Assembly (NCBI GenBank): GCA_030599585.1
Contig: JAUVNS010000001.1
Coordinates: forward strand, 64,001-128,000
From: Promethearchaeota archaeon
Lineage (GTDB): Archaea; Asgardarchaeota; Lokiarchaeia; Sigyniarchaeales; SOKP01
Direction of reading: 5' to 3'
DNA: 64,000 nt
Numbering within the stretch: the stretch's first letter is position 1; each line of letters starts with the position of its first letter. The notes under the pieces were generated by a model. It searched no databases. It was given only the letters and a program-made list of their open reading frames with translations, and was not told the DNA's origin. A program made the position numbers and the translations under genes. Positions 58,788 to 64,000 of the stretch are shown piece by piece.

Positions 58788-59519
58788 TTGTTATTTCAAA
58801 ACGAATTTATTGTCAGATTAATTGTTGTTTCAGTTTTTCAAATATGGCCAATTTTCTACGCGTCGTATTTCGCCTTTAAATTACTAAAGCGCGCTAAAAA
58901 TCGTTCGACTTATACGTTAAGTAGTTTTTTCATTTTAACAGCTCTTACTTATTTTCTTGCTTCACTTTCAACTTTTTTAGTCGCTACGCCTTTGTTTACC
59001 TTTACTCACATTATTTATGTGCTTTCAATTTACACGCTTATCTTTAGCTATAGTTTTTTAATAAATTTTAGCTGGTTACTTACTAAACTTGATGAAAAAA
59101 CATGCCCTACTAAATTTTACTTAAGAGCAATTCTTTATGCGATTTTATCTCTATATGTTTTAGTGATTGCGATTCCGTTTCACGGTATAACCTTAAGTGC
59201 AAGCACTGGGTGGATACCTGTTTACAGCTGGTTCTTTCTTGGTTTTAGTTGGACTTTTATCTTGATTTTTTTTATTATTCCACAAGTATTTTTATCTTTA
59301 AAAATTGTGAAAATATATGAAGGCATTGTCCTCAGGAGAAGATTAAATCTTTTTCTAATAAGTGTGTTTTTGGGATTGTTAATACCCATTTTTGTATTCT
59401 TATATCACGCTATGCCTGAAAATATAGTTTTCAGGACATTTTATCTTTTAACAATGCCGGAAGTAGGAGTATATGCTGCTTATTTAATATATAAAGGATT
59501 CGGGAAGGAACTGGATTAA
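58788..59519 (+). CDS. stand-alone 7TM receptor-like protein, copy 3
   Basis: Paralogue with a 3-aa insertion after TM2. Confidence 0.8.
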   Translation: MLFQNEFIVRLIVVSVFQIWPIFYASYFAFKLLKRAKNRSTYTLSSFFILTALTYFLASLSTFLVATPLFTFTHIIYVLSIYTLIFSYSFLINFSWLLTKLDEKTCPTKFYLRAILYAILSLYVLVIAIPFHGITLSASTGWIPVYSWFFLGFSWTFILIFFIIPQVFLSLKIVKIYEGIVLRRRLNLFLISVFLGLLIPIFVFLYHAMPENIVFRTFYLLTMPEVGVYAAYLIYKGFGKELD

Positions 59520-59655
59520 AAAATAACGATTAATCAATCAATACACAAGAAATTTTGTATTATAAAAAAACGCTGGAGATTTAATAGAATAAAAATAAGG
59601 AACATATAGAAAAGAGTCATAACATTTAAAAATTCATACACTGAATTATGATACA

Positions 59656-60387
59656 TTGCTATTTCAAAACGAATTTATTGTCAGATTAATTGTTGTTTCA
59701 GTTTTTCAGATATGGCCAATTTTTTACTCGTCCTATTTCGCCTATAAATTACTCAAGCGAGCTAAAAATCGTTCTACTTATACTTTGAGTAGTTTTTTCA
59801 TACTTACCGCTCTTACTTATTTTCTTGCAACAGTTTCAACTTTTTTAGTAGCTACTCCTTTGTTTTCCTTTACTTACATCATTTATGTGCTTTCAATCTA
59901 CACGCTTATATTTAGTTATAGTATTCTAATAAATTTTAGTTGGTTACTTATTAATCTTGATAAAAAAGCATCTTCCACTAAATTTTACTTAAGAATTGCT
60001 TTTTATGCGATCTTATCACTCTATGTTCTTATAATTGCTATTCCATTTAATGGAGTGATCTTAAATGCGAGTATTGGTTGGATTCCTCAATACAGTTGGT
60101 TCATGCTTGGTTTTAGTTGGGTTTTTATCTTGATTTTTTTAATTATCCCTCAAATATATTTCTCGTTTAAAATTATGAAAGTATACGAGGGTGTTGTCCT
60201 CAAGAAAAGATTAAATTTATTTATTTTTAGCGTATTTTTGGGATTCCTAATCCCCATTTTTCTCTTCGTATATCACGCAATGCCTGAAAATGTAATTTTT
60301 AGGACGAGTTATTTTTTAACACTGCCAGGAGTAGGAGTAGTGGCTGCTTATTTAGTATACAAAGGATTCGGGAAGGAACTGGATTAA
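59656..60387 (+). CDS. stand-alone 7TM receptor-like protein, copy 4
   Basis: Paralogue most similar to copy 3. Confidence 0.8.
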   Translation: MLFQNEFIVRLIVVSVFQIWPIFYSSYFAYKLLKRAKNRSTYTLSSFFILTALTYFLATVSTFLVATPLFSFTYIIYVLSIYTLIFSYSILINFSWLLINLDKKASSTKFYLRIAFYAILSLYVLIIAIPFNGVILNASIGWIPQYSWFMLGFSWVFILIFLIIPQIYFSFKIMKVYEGVVLKKRLNLFIFSVFLGFLIPIFLFVYHAMPENVIFRTSYFLTLPGVGVVAAYLVYKGFGKELD

Positions 60388-60421
60388 TAAATCTGATGAT
60401 TTTCTAATTGTTATAAGAACT

Positions 60422-61135
60422 CTAAAGATATTTTAAAGCTAATTCGGTCGATTCTCGAGCTTCGTCCACGCTGACCATACCTATTGTAGTGCAGCAGATG
60501 TTATGCTTAGAAATGTACTCATAAGCTTTTTTAGGGTTCAATTTACCGGCTGCTAGCGTTTTCATTCCAATAAAGTGATGATCTTTATGGTTATTTACTT
60601 GATTTTCAAGCTCTTTTTGATTCCCCATTAAATACCCCCGAGCGTTAAATGGAATTAAAAACGCTTTTACATTAGGAAGGTTTTCGAAAGCGTATTCCAA
60701 GGTAGAAACGGGATTATGCGCAGCTATTCCGGGTATTATTCCCATTGACTCAATCTCAGCAATAAATTTCTCTAATTTCTCATCTTTTTTATCCGCGACC
60801 ATTCCGTGGGCAAAAACTATTTTAGCTCCAAGTTCAGCTAATTCTTTAATGAGAGGATCAGGTCCCGGAAAAGTAGACCCCGTAATGACAAAGTCGCTAT
60901 GAGTTTCAACCATTATTTTAGCTGCATTGGTGATTTTTCCACCCGGGATTAATTGTATTCCGCGACCCCCTACTTCATAAGACGCTTCCAGTATCTCTAA
61001 CACAGCTTCCGCGTTATTTAAGAATTTTCTTCGGTATACACGCGCATTCTTTCCGAATTGGGAAGCTCCAAAGAATGGTGAGGTCCCTACCGATACTATC
61101 GGTATTTCCTGGCCTTCGATTTTACAAAATATGAT
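60422..61135 (-). CDS. aldo/keto-reductase-like TIM-barrel protein (probable non-canonical ATC/ATA start)
   Basis: GIAAHNP, PFNARGY, GMKTLAAGKL, IGMVS; the frame extends 44 codons upstream of the track GTG to include VGTSPFFGASQFG. Confidence 0.7.
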   Translation of the reverse strand: MIFCKIEGQEIPIVSVGTSPFFGASQFGKNARVYRRKFLNNAEAVLEILEASYEVGGRGIQLIPGGKITNAAKIMVETHSDFVITGSTFPGPDPLIKELAELGAKIVFAHGMVADKKDEKLEKFIAEIESMGIIPGIAAHNPVSTLEYAFENLPNVKAFLIPFNARGYLMGNQKELENQVNNHKDHHFIGMKTLAAGKLNPKKAYEYISKHNICCTTIGMVSVDEARESTELALKYL

Positions 61136-61268
61136 CTCTACACCTTTTTATTTAGGCTTTTAAACCAAAATTCTTCAAATAATAAAACTTTTATGAGATT
61201 TAATTAATAACTTCAGATAAATACTAACTATAAAATAAAATTATAAAAATGATTCAATTTGATGAGAA

Positions 61269-63092
61269 ATGACAGACCCTAAAGCTATAGAAAACAATCC
61301 TTTTAAAGAGTTAGGTGAAATTCCAGAAAAAAAATACGCCGATGGATATATAGTTGATTCGACATATATAACCGTAAGAGAGGGCGTTAAAATTGCTGCT
61401 ACTATCTGTCTCCCGAAGGGACTTTCCATAGATACTAAAATTCCTACAGTGTTAACGCAAACGAGGTATTGGAGAGCAATGGAATTACGAATTCCTTTTA
61501 GGTGGGTTCTTGATAGTATGGTGCCTAATACTCCAAACCCGGAGGTTATTACTAGTCGAGGTTACGCACTTATTTATACTGATGTCAGAGGAACTGGGGC
61601 ATCAGATGGTACTCGGGTAGTTCCGTTTTCTGAAGAAGAGATCATGGACGGTTCTGATGTAATTGATTGGATAATATCTCAGCCTTGGTCAGATGGAAAC
61701 GTCGTATCTAAAGGTATTTCGTATACTGGAACTACAGCGGAGTTATTTGCTAAGAATAATCACAGCGCAATAAAAGCGGTTGTACCGGGACATGGTTTCT
61801 GGGATCCTTACACAGATGTCGCATTTCCAGGTGGATGTTTCGACCATGCCTTTATGCAATTATGGTCATTTTTAGGGAAGAATTTAGATTTAAATAGTCC
61901 TAAAGTCTTCAGACAATTAATGCCCGGAGTTTGGTTACTTGCAAAAGGTGTAAAACCTGTAAAAAGCGACAACGACCTAAAATTATTACAAGATGCTATA
62001 AAACAACATAAATCAAATAAATATGTTTACGAGCATACGCTAACTAGGGATTTTCGCGACGACAAGCTTCCTGATGGCACCGTTTTTGACGATCTTAGTA
62101 TATTTGCTCGAAAAGAAAAGATTGAAAGTTCAAACATTCCAATGTTGGCTTGGTGTTCGTGGTTAGATTCTGGTTATGGAGACGCAATTGTTAATCGATT
62201 TATGAATACATCTACTTCTCAAATTGCTATTTTGGGCGATTGGAGCCACGGAGCTGGCTACCCTGCAAACCAGTTTTTTCCTAATCGGACTTTCGTAACT
62301 CCGACTCCTGAAGATAAGGTTCACGCATGGATTAATTTCTTCGATAAATGCGTATATGGCGATGGAATACAAGGAAAAACTATATATTATTATACTCTAG
62401 CGGAAGAAAAATGGAAGAAGTCGAATGTTTGGCCCCCTAAAGGGCACTTTTATCAAAAATGGTATTTTTCAGAAAACAATTCGCTAATAAGAGAAGAACC
62501 TAAGGAAAATACTGGATCCGACGATTACAAAGTAAATTACCGGGCTACAACCGGACGGAATAATAGATGGTGGGCGCTTTTAGGTTTGCCTATAACATAT
62601 TATAACAGAAACAAAATCGATGAGAAGTTGTTATGTTATACAAGCAAACCTTTCGAATCTGATACAGTAATCACCGGTCAAATAATTGCATGTCTTTATT
62701 TATCCTCCACCCACAAAGATGGTGCTATTTTCGCTTATTTTGAGGATGTTGATGAGAGTGGTAATGTTACATATATTACCGATGGAGAGTTCCGACCACT
62801 CCACAGAAAAATTCTAACAGATGAGCCACCGTATAAAATGTTAATTCCTTACCATAGTTATAAAAAAGAAGATTCTGCGCCTTTAATTCCAGGAGAGATA
62901 ACTGAGGTTAAGTTTGGGTTCCATGTAACTTCAGTTCTTATTAAAAAAGGACATAAAATTAAAATTGCCATTGCTGGAGCCGATAAAGATACATTTATAC
63001 GTTATCCTGCAGAGGGAAGGCCTACGATTACTATTTCTCGAAATAAAGACTTTCCGTCTTATATTGAACTTCCAATTATAAAGAAGGAGTAA
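61269..63092 (+). CDS. CocE/NonD family serine hydrolase
   Basis: TRY, DVRGTGASDG, WIISQPWSDG, GISY nucleophile elbow, WSHG, C-terminal PepX-like domain. Confidence 0.9.
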   Translation: MTDPKAIENNPFKELGEIPEKKYADGYIVDSTYITVREGVKIAATICLPKGLSIDTKIPTVLTQTRYWRAMELRIPFRWVLDSMVPNTPNPEVITSRGYALIYTDVRGTGASDGTRVVPFSEEEIMDGSDVIDWIISQPWSDGNVVSKGISYTGTTAELFAKNNHSAIKAVVPGHGFWDPYTDVAFPGGCFDHAFMQLWSFLGKNLDLNSPKVFRQLMPGVWLLAKGVKPVKSDNDLKLLQDAIKQHKSNKYVYEHTLTRDFRDDKLPDGTVFDDLSIFARKEKIESSNIPMLAWCSWLDSGYGDAIVNRFMNTSTSQIAILGDWSHGAGYPANQFFPNRTFVTPTPEDKVHAWINFFDKCVYGDGIQGKTIYYYTLAEEKWKKSNVWPPKGHFYQKWYFSENNSLIREEPKENTGSDDYKVNYRATTGRNNRWWALLGLPITYYNRNKIDEKLLCYTSKPFESDTVITGQIIACLYLSSTHKDGAIFAYFEDVDESGNVTYITDGEFRPLHRKILTDEPPYKMLIPYHSYKKEDSAPLIPGEITEVKFGFHVTSVLIKKGHKIKIAIAGADKDTFIRYPAEGRPTITISRNKDFPSYIELPIIKKE

Positions 63093-63109
63093 ATTAACTC
63101 GTTAAATAG

Positions 63110-63478
63110 GTGATAAAAAAAATGGAAGAAATTTTACAACGGTTAAAAGGTATGTTAAAAGAAGCGACGGTAATAAAATCTGATGCAACAAAATTTGAAA
63201 TAACTATTACTATAGTTAAAAAAATTCACGGTAATGTGGCAGAGCCTGATGAAATCATCGTAATGTTAAAAATGTACGGTGGATTGAGGGAAGATATCCC
63301 TATGGAAGTAGATATCGATAACGATGCTCAAAATATCACGCTAAAATTCCAGAGCGAAGAGGATTTCATAAAAGTCGCAAAAATAATGGAAACATTATGG
63401 GATAACGCTGTAGATATGCTTACTTCAGCCATGGAAGGCGATATAAGTCGTATTAAAGATATTCCGAAAATTGATTAG
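63110..63478 (+). CDS. hypothetical protein
   Basis: 122-aa ORF directly downstream of the hydrolase. Confidence 0.65.
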   Translation: MIKKMEEILQRLKGMLKEATVIKSDATKFEITITIVKKIHGNVAEPDEIIVMLKMYGGLREDIPMEVDIDNDAQNITLKFQSEEDFIKVAKIMETLWDNAVDMLTSAMEGDISRIKDIPKID

Positions 63479-63520
63479 ATAGTTAAAAAATAAATTATTT
63501 TTATTCTTTTTTTTCTTGTT

Positions 63521-64000
63521 TTAAATCGTGATATGATCTAAGTGGTCTTTTCTAAATTGAATGTTTTTTTTTAAAGTAGAAAAGAAATCTGATAGGTCGA
63601 TATTTCCGCCGCTTATTATAATTCCAATCCTTTTATTTTTAATTAAAGGTGACTCTATGTTACCGCTCAATATACCTGCCAAAGGCACTGCTCCTGAAGG
63701 TTCTACAACAAGTTTCATGCGTTCCCAATAGAATTTCATAGCGTCAATTATCTGTTCCTCTGTAACTGTAATTATATCATCTACAAATTCCTTAATTATA
63801 GGAAATGTTTTTTCTCCTACTGAAGTCCTTAAACCGTCCGCAATTGTGTTCGGATTTTCTACGGGAACCCTTTTCCCTAGTTGAAACGAGCGAAACGCAT
63901 CGTCAGCATTCTTAGGCTCCACGCCTATAACTTTAATTCGGGGATTTATTCCTTTTGCTGCAATTGAACATCCACTAATCAATCCACCACCACCTACGGG
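63521..64000 (-). CDS. PLP-dependent threonine/serine dehydratase or serine racemase (5' end outside the window)
   Basis: PVGGGGLISG, IGVEP, TIADGL, VVEPSGA, IISGGN. Confidence 0.9.
   Translation of the reverse strand, partial: PVGGGGLISGCSIAAKGINPRIKVIGVEPKNADDAFRSFQLGKRVPVENPNTIADGLRTSVGEKTFPIIKEFVDDIITVTEEQIIDAMKFYWERMKLVVEPSGAVPLAGILSGNIESPLIKNKRIGIIISGGNIDLSDFFSTLKKNIQFRKDHLDHITI

Noticed and set aside
57005-60387. Rhodopsin, heliorhodopsin or schizorhodopsin identity for the 7TM array
   Set aside because: No retinal-binding Lys within TM7 (the only Lys is in the terminal YKGFGK) and no RYxxW-type TM3 motif
57005-60387. CRISPR array, DGR target or assembly artefact as the cause of the repeats
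   Set aside because: The units are ~870-915-nt intact genes diverged at all base types, with no short identical repeats, no adenine-specific variation and no reverse transcriptase in the window
135-62372. Numerous 60-170 aa ORFs antisense to or nested in longer genes (e.g. 2104-2361, 4285-4623, 16490-16840, 27577-28101, 34992-35477, 42046-42465)
   Set aside because: Shadow ORFs fully overlapping well-supported genes, with no recognisable motifs

Overview
AT-rich archaeal chromosome segment, almost certainly from an Asgard archaeon of the Lokiarchaeia/Promethearchaeia type. The evidence is five small GTPases, roadblock and longin domains, a single-domain gelsolin, ribosomal protein L13e, an archaeosortase, MtrH, CooC and an ADP-forming acetate-CoA ligase. 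No rRNA, tRNA, CRISPR array or transposase was seen. The most striking signal is a dispersed proto-eukaryotic GTPase signalling kit. Four of the five GTPases carry an N-terminal uDENN/longin-like domain: two Rab-like enzymes (20183-21220, 54344-55393) and two Arf/Rag-like enzymes that also have a C-terminal roadblock domain (29625-31148, 37238-38650). Three of these four keep a D-x-x-x-R-G loop matching the GAP arginine-finger loop of folliculin and SMCR8; the fourth has lost it. They are accompanied by a Rag-like GTPase plus roadblock gene pair, a longin-wHTH protein and a ~1820-aa single-pass surface receptor with a cytoplasmic longin-wHTH tail. There is also a tandem array of four stand-alone 7TM receptor-like genes, each with its own duplicated promoter. 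Smaller observations: a mu-adaptin-like beta protein, an L13e-HhH fusion, an unannotated 47-aa acidic microprotein, and two genes that appear to need non-canonical ATH start codons. All domain calls come from motif reading by eye; no searches were run.
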